Below are positions 51,682-64,000 of a DNA stretch of 64,000 nt, one piece after another. Made by a program: the position numbers and the translations under genes. This DNA comes from Cystobasidiomycetes sp. EMM_F5. Taxonomy: Eukaryota. The stretch is from positions 310,001-374,000 of the forward strand of contig JBPGPT010000016.1 of assembly GCA_051047955.1 (NCBI GenBank). The letters are read 5' to 3'. The first letter of the stretch is position 1, and the number at the start of each line of letters is the position of its first letter. The notes beneath the pieces are model-generated. The model did no database searches. It was not told the DNA's origin and saw only the letters and a program-made list of their open reading frames with translations.

Positions 51682-54600
51682 CTACAAAATGCGATGGACT
51701 GCGTCAATGCGGGTCATAACGTCTGTCTTGCGTATGTAAGATAGCCAGTAGGGGTTGGCTGTTTGACCAGTAGTGTCGGCGAAGACTTCCGAGACTGGAA
51801 CTTCGGTTACCTGCTCACGGACGAGACGATCAGTCAGGCTGCGATAGGCGTATTACCAAAACCTTACAGTCGAGTCGTTGAACTTTAGCCACCTGTCTGG
51901 CTGCGACGGCAACGCTCTTTGGTAGACTGGCGGCCCATAATACCGTTAGCGCGCAACTTGTGGTTCGGGAGAGGACACTGACGGTAATAATGGCCATACC
52001 CGGCCGCTCCTTGATGGATGAATACACTCGAGAGCTCATAGTCATGCTGCCGCTCGTCCTCCCAGAGATCATGCATTTCTCGGCGAAAAGATTCTACGTT
52101 ATGTTTGAGATTGGCCACGTCGTCCTCAATAGCCTGAGCTTGGCTCAGGATACCTTCTATCAGGTGCGTATTGCCCAACTTGTCCCCTATTTGCGAGGTG
52201 ATCATTTGCTGGAAAGCCTCGCTTCGCTGTACACCGGGATCGCTAGTACCGATCTGATTTAGGCATGCTGCTGCTTCCCGCAGAACTTGCGAGGCTGTCA
52301 TCTGCAGGTGTTTGTGTCAATTGATCTGGTTGGATTGCTCGAATGCACGAACGCACGGTGTCCTCATTCGCTTGCGAAAGCTGAAGCAATCGCTCTCGCG
52401 CTGACTTCAACGTCGCCCGCAGGGTTTTGCTCCGCTGGTGTCGTTCCGAGGTGCGACTATCTTGCGGATCGTAGTCGATGTAACGTGCCATTTGTAGTGA
52501 CAATGGAAAAGGCATAAAAGCATTGCTTTTGAAGACGCGAGCTGTGGCACGGTCGAATTGAACGCGCTGTATGCTCTGCAATTAGAGATATGTGTTTCTG
52601 GCAAAATCGATCATGAGCGCACCTGTAGCTGTATTTGGAGTACGGGAGGCAAATGAGTGAGAACATCCTGCCTGACTGCACTGTGGCCTTCGACTTCCAC
52701 AGTGGACGGCTCAAATGCAGCATCGAGTCCATCGTACAAGTCGGTGCCCTCGTTGGCCACATCGACGAGGAGGTACGAGAATAGCTCATCCTTTACTCGT
52801 GCCTTTTGGCCGGGGCTTCCAGCTTCGAGATTCAGGACTTGCCTTGAAGTGCCGCAAAACAACTGCTGGACAAATGTTCGGCCTGACGTTTCGGACTTGG
52901 GTATGAGACTGTCTTTGAGTCCTGCTTCAATCTGAAAGATGACTAAAATGTCAAGATTATCAGAAAGTGAAAATGAATCCGTCACATCAGCTCTCACCGT
53001 TGTCCATCGCCTCTGATACATCATTTTGTCGCCCTAAAGAGAACAGTCAGTTGAGCCCCGCATTGCTTGAATGAACAGCGCTAACCAAACATCATGTTGG
53101 TGTTGACAAGTGTAGACTCTCGGCGCGCACTAGGTCGCGGTGGGAGAGGAGGAGGCCTTGCGGACGTACTAGCGATAGCCTGACTTTCTGGAATGATTTC
53201 CATAACTCCGTCTTCGGCCTCTTGTGCAGTCAGGCGGTCATTCTTGATTGGGCTTTGTGACGGTAATTTTCTCGGCATCTGACCGTCATCCACGTCCATA
53301 TCGCCGTTGGCAAGATGGTCACTATTTCTTTTACCCAAAACTGACGGTGACGGCGCGTCTTCCGGCTTCTGACTCATCGTCAGTCCCTCCGACACGTCCA
53401 TAAAGGATTCTGGCTCGGCAACGTCGATTGTAGCGAGCTCAGTAGCAGCCTCCGACTTCTGATCACTGACTGCCGCAGTGTCCTGTGCCGGATTGGATGC
53501 ATTCTGGTCCTCCTCATCTTTAGAAGACACTAAGGCTAAGTATGCCAGTTCCTTCTCCGGACGGACAGATGGCGTTGGCGTGTGAATCAATTGCGAAAAA
53601 AGCGAAGATAGATGCGAAACGACTGTTATAAAGATCAGGTTAGCAGAGGCATCACCGACAGAAACTTAACATACATTTCTTCGATCGTGCAATTTCCGTA
53701 TGGCTGAGTTGTCTTCCGCCTACTCGTTTCGATTCAGTTGGCGTGTCGGCCTCTTTATACTCTTCAAATCGCAAAACTACTTCGCGTAATTCCCGTATGG
53801 TAAAGAAGTACTGTGAGGGTAAAGCATCAGCCTGACCACACATTCGCAGCTGTCTTATCATCTATCTCACCTGCAGCAAGCTGTTCAAATAGCAAGTATT
53901 GCCAATGTTCTGAAGACCTGCAGGCATATTAGACGACACCGCTGCTTCTTGAGGACCAGCCGGCTCCGGCATAATGCCAGTTTCGGCTAGGGTGCGTAAA
54001 GCGTTGCTGTTACGAGCCTCAGCGACAACCTTTATAGCAGCAACAATCTTCTCCGTATAGCGTTTATCATTGGCATTTTCGGCGAGCTATGCAGACGGAG
54101 TGTCAGCCAAGACACAGCCCGGACAATCATATTACCTACGTAAACAGTACAAGCCAACCCGATACTGGCATCGTCGGTATCTTTCTGGACACAAAGGAGC
54201 TTCAGAGCTTCTTCCTCAGTGAAACTCGGTGCTGGCGGCTTGTCGTCGTCAGCGCTCAATAGGACCGCTTGTAGTAACTCGCTCTTCTGGATTTGACAAA
54301 TCTTGCGCAAGGCTTCCCGAGCGGAATTCTTCTGCTGTTCCTTCTCCGAGGTTGTATCAGAGGACAGTCCTATCTCCTCCATCCGCCTGTTGTAGCCATC
54401 GAGACTCTGATCCTCGGAAGGTAAATCAATCTCCGGCATGCCGAAGAAAAGTGGCAAGTCCGTTCGTTGCCGGGGTGGATGACCCGCAGCTGTCCACAAC
54501 GAGCAGATATCCGAGTACGTAAGACGGTTCTGGGAATCTTCTGTGGCCATGACGATGTCCAATGGCAACGCATCGCTACCGGACCGAGCTTGTCGTACCT

Positions 54601-56931
54601 CCTTGAGACTTTCAAGGTAGAAGTGTAGCCGTTGCGGGTCCGATGCAATTTGGGCATTATATGCAAACACTAGGCCCTCGTTTGATGTTTCCGGTACTAT
54701 TCCTAGGATTGCATATGCACGATTGAAGACATTGTCGTTGCTCCACGTATCGTGAGGAGGCGCGAATGCTGGGCTTTTGCCGAAGAGATTTTGCGCCAGA
54801 TCGATTGCAGGGCTCAAGCTGACAAGTTGAGACGGGTTTTGGTGATTGTTGATATTGGCGATACCGGTGTCCGAAACCGCAAGATCACTAATTAGCTTGG
54901 CGCACCAGATGGATATTTCCAGGAAGGCCCTGGTCAGCACGAGGATGACCGATTCGGTCATTACCGGTGGCGCTAGTACCTCCTTCTTATCGGTGCCCAG
55001 TATCGACCTGAAGCCGAGCTGCTTAAAAATGTCCAGCCTGAGCGCAGAATTACTCAGCTCGACCTTTGCAATCATACAACATTGTCTTACGCGGATTGAC
55101 CGGTGCCCATACGTTTTGTAAAAGTAGCACCAGACCTGGGGATGTGTGCACTGTTGCCGTTGAAGAGCAAGTTGCGCAAGACCTTCCATATATAGTCTAC
55201 TGCCTCTCGGAAATCCATCTGAACATCGCGAGCTTCGCTAAACGTCGAATTCAATGAATGAGACCCGCCAGCCCGTCGTATCGCAAGTAATTCTGCCATT
55301 CTCTCGCTTTGGAACCGTGAGCATACATCGTACCCCAGGACGCTCGGTATTGCGTTATGAAGTGGAGTCACGGCAATTGCTCTCCTACACCCGTCACAGA
55401 TCATCGCATCTAACCAGTACTCTCGCGGTGTGGTCGGAACAGACCAGCACGGATCTGTGGAATTACCAGGCTCAACCCAGGGCTCGACTGAAGGTCCAGC
55501 GAAGCCGTCCAAGCCAGGCCGCTGTACTGAAGATGTTCGCAGAATATACTTTGGATCGACGCACTGCGATCGACGGATGTAGTGGTGCGCCAACCGTGAC
55601 TCCATCTTGCGGGACGAATCGCCGGGACAGCGGTCCGATGTCTTGTCAAAGTTTACGTTGGAATTGTTGAGAGAAGGAATGGGTGTCATGAGTAGCCAAG
55701 CGTGTCTTCGTGAATCGTACAATGCATGCGGGTGAGGCACGTGCATTTTCAGTTCGCGAGCTGATTTAATGTAGGCTGTAACCGGGGTATCGGGGGTGGC
55801 AGACGTTGCAGCAGAGACCTGCGAGCTCGTCGATGATTGTGGAGCACTTCCAATAGACGACTGAGGCATACTCATTGGGCGAGCGGTATTTAAAGCCTGT
55901 GAGTAGGAGAAGATCTTAGGCGGTGCTTGCGAAGTCTCGCTTTGAGTGGCGGACGATGCAAGATTTGCTTGTGCATTGATAATAGTCGGTGATTGTGATG
56001 AGTTGGAAGACTGAGACACCTGCGCGGAGGCGGGCGTCGCCGGCAGCGCGCTTTTCGTACCCGAGATTGGTTTTTGAGCTTCAAACGATTCGATAATATC
56101 AACGGCAACGATACCAGAGGGAAATTTGGATGCACTGCCGGATGTTTCAGGTCCATTCCACTGTAGGACCGCTTCGAGCGTAAAGGCAGGGTTCTGAGAA
56201 GCGCCAGTGAGGGCGTACTGTAGCCAGCCGTGACCGGTCAGGTCGGTATCCTCTGCGGGCAGACCCTTGATGCGAGCGCCCCGGCCTCCATTAGCTGGTG
56301 TGCTTCTTACGTGCACGACATCGTCACCGCTTGACCGCCTTTGTGACGATGACGATCTGTTGTATCCGGGCGGGTGCAAGACGGGTTTTGCATGATAAGT
56401 GCTTGAACTCTCTGTATCAGACTCTTCTGGGATATCGTCGTCGGCATCCAAATCTAGACCAACGCGAGGGAGGGAAGAACGCCTCTGTGGGTAGTGCTCG
56501 ACTTGGACATCCTCGATAGGTACGGTCTGCGAGTCAATGAAACGGCGTTGCCCTGAGCTGCTTTGACCACTGCTTCTGCGATAGAACTGGGACGGTGGAA
56601 CGGGCGACGGGCTCGAAGCGGTCATCAGCATCCCTGTTGCGTAGCTGCTTGCTGGATACTGGTTTGGCTCGTCGGATATTAATGTCCTCGCTGATGAAGC
56701 GACCTCTGGAGCCACGCCTATCGTAGACTGGGGGCTCGCATCTGCGGTGCCGGACTGCGACATTGTCAGTCTGTTGTTTGCGGTCGGCGTTGTTGACGAT
56801 GATGCTTTAGACGATGATGCGACTCCTTCTCGAGCACTCCCAGAAGACGACGACCTGACGCGGCTCACTGAAGGCATGGCAGCGTCAACCATTGCTAGCC
56901 TGGGCGATGCATGGCTAGCTGTAGCAGGCAT
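51682..56931 (-). CDS. UBP2: Ubiquitin-specific protease, Ubp2-like (USP/UCH family)
   Basis: Cys box GLQNIGNTCYLNSLLQ|YFFTIRELR, PEKELAYLAL, QIQLQ|RVQFDR, His box FIHQGAAGYGHYY, WLKFND and ANPYWLSY. Upstream repeats AYAILGI...AY and EALKLLCV...DD. Confidence 0.9.
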
Positions 56932-57624
56932 GCCGCTACTGGACTGTCGCTGGGGTCCAGCTGCATCACAGCGTCAACATCAGTTTGGCCCGGTCAGCCG
57001 TAATATCGAGCAGCCAGCTCACTCCCACCACTACTCCTGCGCCTGCTTCTGGGCTGCTCGACGTCGCCCAGCTCGTCATGCTGCGTCATGGCATTAGCAG
57101 GGTCGGCAGCCGTCTGAGCGGCCGCAGGTATCGCAAACCAACAGAGCATACAACGACACTACAACGACAAAGCAGCTGATAGAGGATATCTGAACGCTCT
57201 GCGTGCCCGCTGTGTTCACTTGGGCCATACTCGTGATGCTGGAACTATCGGTACAGCGAACGCAGGGCAACATCCGCGTACAGTGCTTCCACTTACGCTT
57301 GTGAGAGCAGGCTAGTATTCGGTGCAAGCTGTACCCAGCGCGAGTCGTGTGAAGCGTCTTAGCCCGCTATCGTCCGCTTTAGTGATCCGTCGGCGTCAGT
57401 TTCAATATCATGCGTCGCAGCGATTGCAGCATGTGCTTGCATTTCTAGGTTACATTTCAGCCTGCCACAGTCCACGTCTGTTGTCCGCTTTCTGACTACG
57501 CGAACACTAATTCCTGACGCAAACACTGCCATGTCGAGCCTGCCGTAGCTGCTTGGCTGCTGCTCACTGACTTCTGCGATTATATCTGCCGGGTCCATCC
57601 CCGACCTTTCGATCATCAGCCGAG

Positions 57625-60600
57625 ATGGCATCGTCTCTTCTATGTTCGCAAGATAGTGCTTTCGTACGTAACAAGAGTGGAATGAATCAGCCCTGTGGAT
57701 GGCAATCGACTAAATTGTCTTGTCCAAAAGGGTCCCGTGTCCCAATGCCGTTCTTTTGACTTTACGCTTCAATTCTCTTCCGCCATACTTTCGATATTGC
57801 CATCATGCCTGTTCCTTCTGATGATGGTCCCCGCGATCGTAAAGCTTGCACCGAGACAGCGTGTTATGCAACCTTTCACCTATCTCCCCCGGAACGGGAA
57901 ATGGCTGATTTGCAGCAAGATGAGTATGGCCGCGATAGCAGCGATAGCCGACCTTGTAGCCCTGGCTGCATGGTCGATCAGCAAGGGTCCTAGTTATCCA
58001 GCGTATGCGACAACCGTCTCTTCGCTGGTCTTGCGCATCGTCAGCTCGGTGAGTCGAGGTTGCTACTGGCTCGAAACGCAGCTCAAGTCCTCTATCCGGT
58101 ACACTATCAGATATTGACGCTTCCGATGCTTTGGTTGGAGTTCTTCCGATGTCTCCATGGCTCACCAATCCTACCGCTCTTCTTCACGATAGTATCGCTA
58201 TGCGATGCTTCGCGGGTCCGGACATTCGCCCTGCTAAACTTGGGTTACACTGGCGAAAGCAGCTCCGGATCATTGCTCTTCTTTGCTACGTTCACTATTG
58301 GATTTTCAGCCAGGATCATACTTTGGTTTCTCGAAACCGCGCCAAAGTATGCGTTTGTTGAGCGGGCAGAGGGAGACAAGGGTATTACCCACGAGGAGAC
58401 TTCTTCTTTCTTTGCGCACTTGATGATCACTTCAGTCAATCCAGTCATGCTTCGAGGTTTTCGGACAGACCTCACTATCCAGTCGCTCGGTCCTATCCAT
58501 TCAATGTACGATGCCGATCATCTCTACGAGAAAGGAGCTCCGCATTGGGAGAGGCATTGTGCCAGCGGCAAGAGCCGTCCCCTGCTCCGAACGATGTTTT
58601 CAGCATTTGGCGAAACTCTACTGGCGCCCATTCTACCGTGTATAATCTGCAGTCTGGCGCTCATCACGCAGCCGACCCTGATTAGCAGTGTCATCAAATT
58701 TGTCGAATCCTACTCGACAGGAAATCCCGCAGATCGCCAGCCGGTCGCAAATGGGTGGGGCTTGGTCGGAGCTTACGCTTTGGTTTTCATCATCAGTACG
58801 TTGGCGTGGTCTTCTTTCCAAATGTCGGCTCTCAGAAGCGCGGTCGCTATGCGAGGCTTCCTGGTACAAATGATTTACAAGAAGGCTCTGCGTATACATG
58901 CAGACGTAGCCAAGGAGGTTGGCACAGGAGCATCGACCAGTTTGATGAGCGTGGACGTTGAGCGGATGATGCTCCAGATCGAGCCGCTGCATCTGCTTTA
59001 TGCTAGTCTCATCATGGTAGCAGTCGGACTGATCATTCTCTACTACACAATCGGCATCGCTTTCGTATCAACAATCATCGTTGCTATAGCTTTCTTCCTG
59101 AGTTTGCCCTTCCTCACTCGACGCATACCGTCCTATCAAAAGTCTTGGTCAGCTCAAACTGATCTTCGCGTTCGCCTGGTCAACTCTGTCATTCGGAGTA
59201 TCAAGGCAGTCAAATTATCCGGGTACGAAAAGGTCCTCGTGCAAAAGATTCTGACCATACGCGAGTCGGAAATGGCATGCATGATTACGTACTTTATCAG
59301 CTTGGTCGTTGTTGCCGCACGTAAGTCACAAGACACCCGGAAACCTGTGTGCACCAATAGCTGATGTCTCGGTGTGTAGTTACAAATTGGTTGAAAGGTC
59401 TCCTGTCTCTGGCTACCCTTATTACATATACGATAATATCGCTACACTCCGACACGGCACAAGTCAGTACCGCTACCTTCTTTACTACCATAGCAGTACT
59501 CGGCGTTATTACGGACCCGCTTCTCGTAGTTGGGCAACGTTACGCAGCCATAATGGCAGCATCTGCGTCCCTGGCTCGTATACAGGAATTCCTACAAATG
59601 CCAGAGAGGAAGGACGACCGAGTCAATGCCGAGACGATAAAAGCGGAAAACCTTGCGCTGGGTCATGAGAGTATCACCATATTGCAGAAGATGACATTTG
59701 AAGTGCCAAAAGACGCCTTGACCATGATTGTGGGACAAGTCGGCGCGGGCAAGTCTACCTTGTTACATGGTCTTCTGGGAGAGGTCAACATACTGCAAGG
59801 TACCTTGGCGTTTCCAAAGCACGTCTCCGTTGGTTTTTGTTCGCAAGATGCCTGGCTCCGACCGGGCGATAGTGTTCGACAAAACATCACGTTCATCAGT
59901 CCTTTTCACCCTGCCCTGTACCGTGTGGTAGTTAAGGCTTGTGCTCTTGACGTCGATTTCCGTATCTGGCCAGAAGGAGACAAGCAGAAAGCACAGGGTT
60001 TATCTGGAGGTCAACGTGCTCGCATTGCACTCGCTCGGACTATCTACAGCAGACCTGACATCCTTTTACTCGATGACGTCTTCTCGGCGCTCGACAAGCA
60101 GACGGAGGAACATATTCACACATGCCTTTTTGGCGCGAACGGGCTGCTGCGTGGCAAATCCGTCATTATGGTGACCAACGGCCTACATCGTCTGCGCGAC
60201 GCAGAGCATATCGTGCTTCTGGAGAATGGCACTGTTGGACAACAAGGCTCATTCGAGCAGCTATCTACCTCTCCAGGCGCCGTCAAGGACTTACTGTCAG
60301 TGATTTCTGCGGACAGCGAGCACCGAAGTTCCAGTAAAGCCCAGCCGAACTTTACGGAAGATGCCGCCAGTTCATACATCAATTCACTGGCAGCATCGGT
60401 CGATGAGATTGAAGCCGAAATGGCAGCAGAAGTGTCGCAGAAGAGTCCTTTGATTGCGTTCTTCACGTCGGGTGGTGTCAGCTATTTCGTACTTGCATCA
60501 GTTCTGATGGCTGCTATGTCCGCTCTGCCTGGAGTGATTCCTGTTTACATTCAAGTAAGTGAAAGGAGATACTCGCTTTCTATCGTGCGCACAATGTTCT

Positions 60601-62861
60601 AATGCTGGCTTAGGCATGGACGACTGCCGTACAAGCTGATCAGGGCCGAATGCTGACTTACCTTGGCGGCTAGTGAGTGGTACTCAGTGTTAATGGTGGT
60701 ACCGTGCCACGCGAAGCTGAGTCGTTTCTTCTGAAAAGCATCGCCATTGAGATTGGATACATCCTATTATTCTGCCTTGCCTTAGTATACTGGTATCTCG
60801 TGTACTCTAAGAACATGAGCCGACGACTACATCGGCAGGAAGTAATAAGTATCATGAAGTAAGTTCAGTAGCCATCGGCATTCTGCGTTGCGCGTCTGAA
60901 CATTATATTCGGCAGCACTCCTCTCAGTTATTTTGAGGACAAGCCCATCGGACGCATTTTGTCGCGCTTCTCGCAAGATGTTTTCGTAATGGATTCTCAA
61001 GTTGGTAACAGCTGGAACAATTTTTTCGGACTTGGCGTCGAGATGATCGTCAACATTATTGTTCTGACAATAGCGGGTAAATGATCTGGTGGCCATGGCT
61101 TGCTTTGCTCGCTAATCATTGAAACCAGCCCCCTACGTCGGTATCGTGCTCGGAGTGACAGTGGCGCTATGCATCCTTGTTCAGCGATTTTATGTAGTAA
61201 GCCGCACTCATACACTATGATATACATGATCTAAGCCGACTGGCAGAGGACAAGCCGACAAGTAAGGCGCATGGACTTCATCGCAAAGTCTCCTCTGTAT
61301 ACTCTTTTCGCCGAAACGTACGTCTGCAATTGAATGCGGGAAAGGTTGGTCCGGTCTGCTGATCCCAAACTCTGCAGAATGGATGCCAACGGCGTCAAAA
61401 CCATTAGGGCGGTTCGTGCGCAAGAAGAACTCAGTAAACTTGCGGTCGCGAAAAGCAATACTTCTCAGGTGCCATATTGTAGGTGTGCAAAGTCCTTTAG
61501 GCGGACATCGCTATATCTGTCTGCATGCAGATTTGACAAACGCTCTGAAGAAGTGGCTTAATCTCGTCTTGGGTGCCATCGTCACCATCATCAACTGCAT
61601 GTTGGTGACTATAGCGGTTATCAATCGGGAAAGCACATCCTCAGGCATACTTGCGGTTGCACTTGTTCAAGCCACGTCACTTGTTCAAACCCTTAATCAG
61701 ACTATAGTCAATGCTGCTGACGTGAGTAAATGCCGTACGTGAGATCTACATGGCATTGAAAGAGCAACCGTGCAGTTCGAAACTTCCCTCGTATCGATTT
61801 CCCGCATACAAGAGACGATCGAGCTACCTTCAGAAGAAGACAACGACCAAAACGGTGCTCAATACGAAGATCCAGTCGAAATGGGGAAGATAGATTTACT
61901 GGAAGATATGAAGATGGATTCAATGAAAACCGCCGCGAATTGGATTACGTCCGGATCCATCCGCTTTCAAGCTGTGACATTGCGATACCGCCCAGATTTG
62001 CCGCCCGCCTTGGACGAAGTCACGTTCCGAGTACAAGGAGGTCGCAAAGTGGGTATCGTCGGTCGGTCAGGTTGTGGAAAGAGCACATGCTTGAGTGCTC
62101 TGTTCAGAATGGTTCGTACTGCACTACAGCCAAGGCAATGGCAATGGTCGCTTATCGTGACTTCCAATTTACAGATGGAGATTGCATCGGGCGGCATATA
62201 CATTGATGGCGTAGATATCCGTTCTTTATCCCGACAGGCCTTGCGAGAAGCAATGACAATCATACCGCAAGACCCACTCATGCTGGAATTGAGTGTACGG
62301 GATAATCTGGACATCGAAGGCGTTAAATCCGATCAGGAGATCTGGACGGCCCTGGAGCAAACGCAGACAAAGGCGCTAATTGAAAGTCTGCCGGAAAAAC
62401 TAGATACAATGGTGACAGGCGATGGAGGCAATTTCTCGTGAGTTTACTTTGCACCTAAAGTCTGACTGGCAACGCGCTGAAGTGTGCAACTTGTGGCTAG
62501 TCGCGGCGAACGTCAATTATTGGCATTAGCTCGCGGCCTCCTGAGAAACCGGCAGATTCTCGTTCTCGATGAAGCTTCAAGTAGTCTGGATGTCGCGACA
62601 GACGCCACCATGCAGACAGTCCTTCGCTCAGCCTTCAAAGGACGTACTATACTGGCTGTGGCGCACCGCCTAAACACCTTACTAGACTACGACGATATCA
62701 TCGTTCTGAGTAAAGGCAAGGTCGTCGAGCAAGGCGCACCTGGTCAGCTGCTCACGAATAAGAACAGCACCTTCTCCTACATGGTCAGAGGAGAACTGGC
62801 CGCAGATGACGCAGAAGTCGATGATGAAGCGGAGATTATGGAGTATCTGCAGTCAGGTTGA
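57625..62861 (+). CDS. ABCC/MRP-type full-length ABC transporter with N-terminal TMD0
   Basis: MASSLLCSQDSAF|GPVSQCRSFDFTLQF start; NBD1 GQVGAGKS, LSGGQ, LLLDD; NBD2 GRSGCGKS, IIPQDP, FS|RGERQ, LVLDEA and VAHRL. Confidence 0.93.
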
Positions 62862-63037
62862 AAAAGGAAAAGCTCTTAACGCTTCAAACATCAGGAATTT
62901 GCGAAGACTGGTAAATACATCTTGCGATTTATATGGCCGCTATACACAAAGAGCGTCATACATCACGCGGAAACGGAATGGTATGGCACAACAGGCAACA
63001 ACATCAACCGCCTTTATCTATAGCCACTGCAATTCAC

Positions 63038-63972
63038 TCAGAAATCATCGTCCATCATACCAGCCGCAATCTCAACTTTCTGACCGGGTTCGAATGCCGG
63101 CAGACCCAGATATGGACAAGAGGAACACCGGAAAGCATCACCAAGGTAACAGCTGCCGCATGAGCTGGTGACTGCACCGGTTGAAATTACCTGAACTTGC
63201 GATTTACCGCCCTTGTCAACGCCAGAAACTGCACGACCATTTGTTGCGGGAGACGCTGCAGGTTCAGCTGAGATGGAAGCCGGAAGGTCGTCCTTTTCCT
63301 GCAAAAGAATTTCCCGTAGGCCGCACGAGCAATTCTTGCACGCCTTTCTCGTCCTCTTGACGTCACAATCCGGCCGCTGTACCGCAGTTGCTCGCTTCAG
63401 GTCTTCTGCTGATAACAGCGTAGATTCGTCGATGGTGGGTGTGTGGGATCCACTGCCTTCGGCCGATGAAGTCGAATCCGTGAATGCCCACAAAGCTTTG
63501 CGAGCTGCGACTGCCGCTGGATCACGCTTCCTGAGTGAACGTAGCGGTAGCGCAGATATGCGAGCTGGTGCTATTGCCGTAACCTGTGAATACGGGTGGG
63601 CATGCACATCACAGGACGGCACGGCGAGAGCAGTAGAATGTGGCGATCAATGCTTGGTCAGCTTTACAAAGTAGCAAACCCTTGGTTGAAGCTTCAACGC
63701 TACAGGACTTCACGTACGCTTTCCTCCTCTGCTTTCGCTTGCCGATACCCGTTGCCTTGTAGAGTATCGACCACTTCTTGCCGCACATTTGCGTCGAGTA
63801 GAGTCCTCACAACAATTGACGGGGTATTCGAACCAGCGTTATTGAGTGACGGCGTGACCAGAGGCAGAAGCTTCCGCAGCGTCGTCACGACCGTCGCAGC
63901 TGGCAAGAGCACGACAAATGAGTCAAACCTTTGCTCAGGAAGAACAGCAGCTGCAGCATAAATGATCCGCAT
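63038..63972 (-). CDS. DRE2: Fe-S cluster assembly protein Dre2/anamorsin
   Basis: CX8CX2CXC motif ([16 protein letters not shown]) and CX2CX7CX2C motif ([26 protein letters not shown]). Confidence 0.93.
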
Positions 63973-64000
63973 TAGTTTTTAAACCCTTCGTGACAATGTC

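Noticed and set aside
1..64000. Stop-codon readthrough or cryptic PTS1 signals, transposons, CRISPR arrays, rRNA
   Set aside because: I saw no readthrough context or SKL-type extension at the enzyme genes I inspected, and no transposase or RT motifs, terminal repeats, spaced repeats or rRNA sequence. This was by eye only.

Overview
A gene-dense, intron-rich eukaryotic window. Short GT-AG introns with CTRAC-type branch points and the gene content point to a compact fungal genome; a basidiomycete, possibly Pucciniomycotina, is an inference. About 23 loci are recognisable: a Far11/STRIP homolog (running off the left edge), an ER-type Hsp90 (GRP94-like, HDEL), a kinesin-8, a tandem F-box/LRR-like array (2 genes plus 1 decayed partial copy), a haloacetate dehalogenase-family hydrolase, a forkhead TF, Nup120/160, a small PY-motif membrane protein, 5-formyl-THF cyclo-ligase, a Rid (YjgF) protein, INO80, Nup57/54, an aromatic-aldehyde-type ALDH, an AhpC/TSA-like protein, Sec15, a second divergent F-box-like tandem pair, histone H1, a Ubp2-like deubiquitinase, an ABCC transporter and Dre2. 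I saw no tRNA, rRNA, CRISPR array or transposon. The best leads are: (1) the F-box-like family, including a decayed copy whose last exon is intact and in phase as a possible alternative 3' exon; (2) a fungal enzyme with the full fluoroacetate-dehalogenase active-site set; (3) the fungal GRP94; (4) structured long introns or spacers that may hold ncRNAs; (5) a forkhead intron resembling a duplicate of the next exon; (6) a 6-nt microexon. Exon boundaries were read by eye and are approximate.
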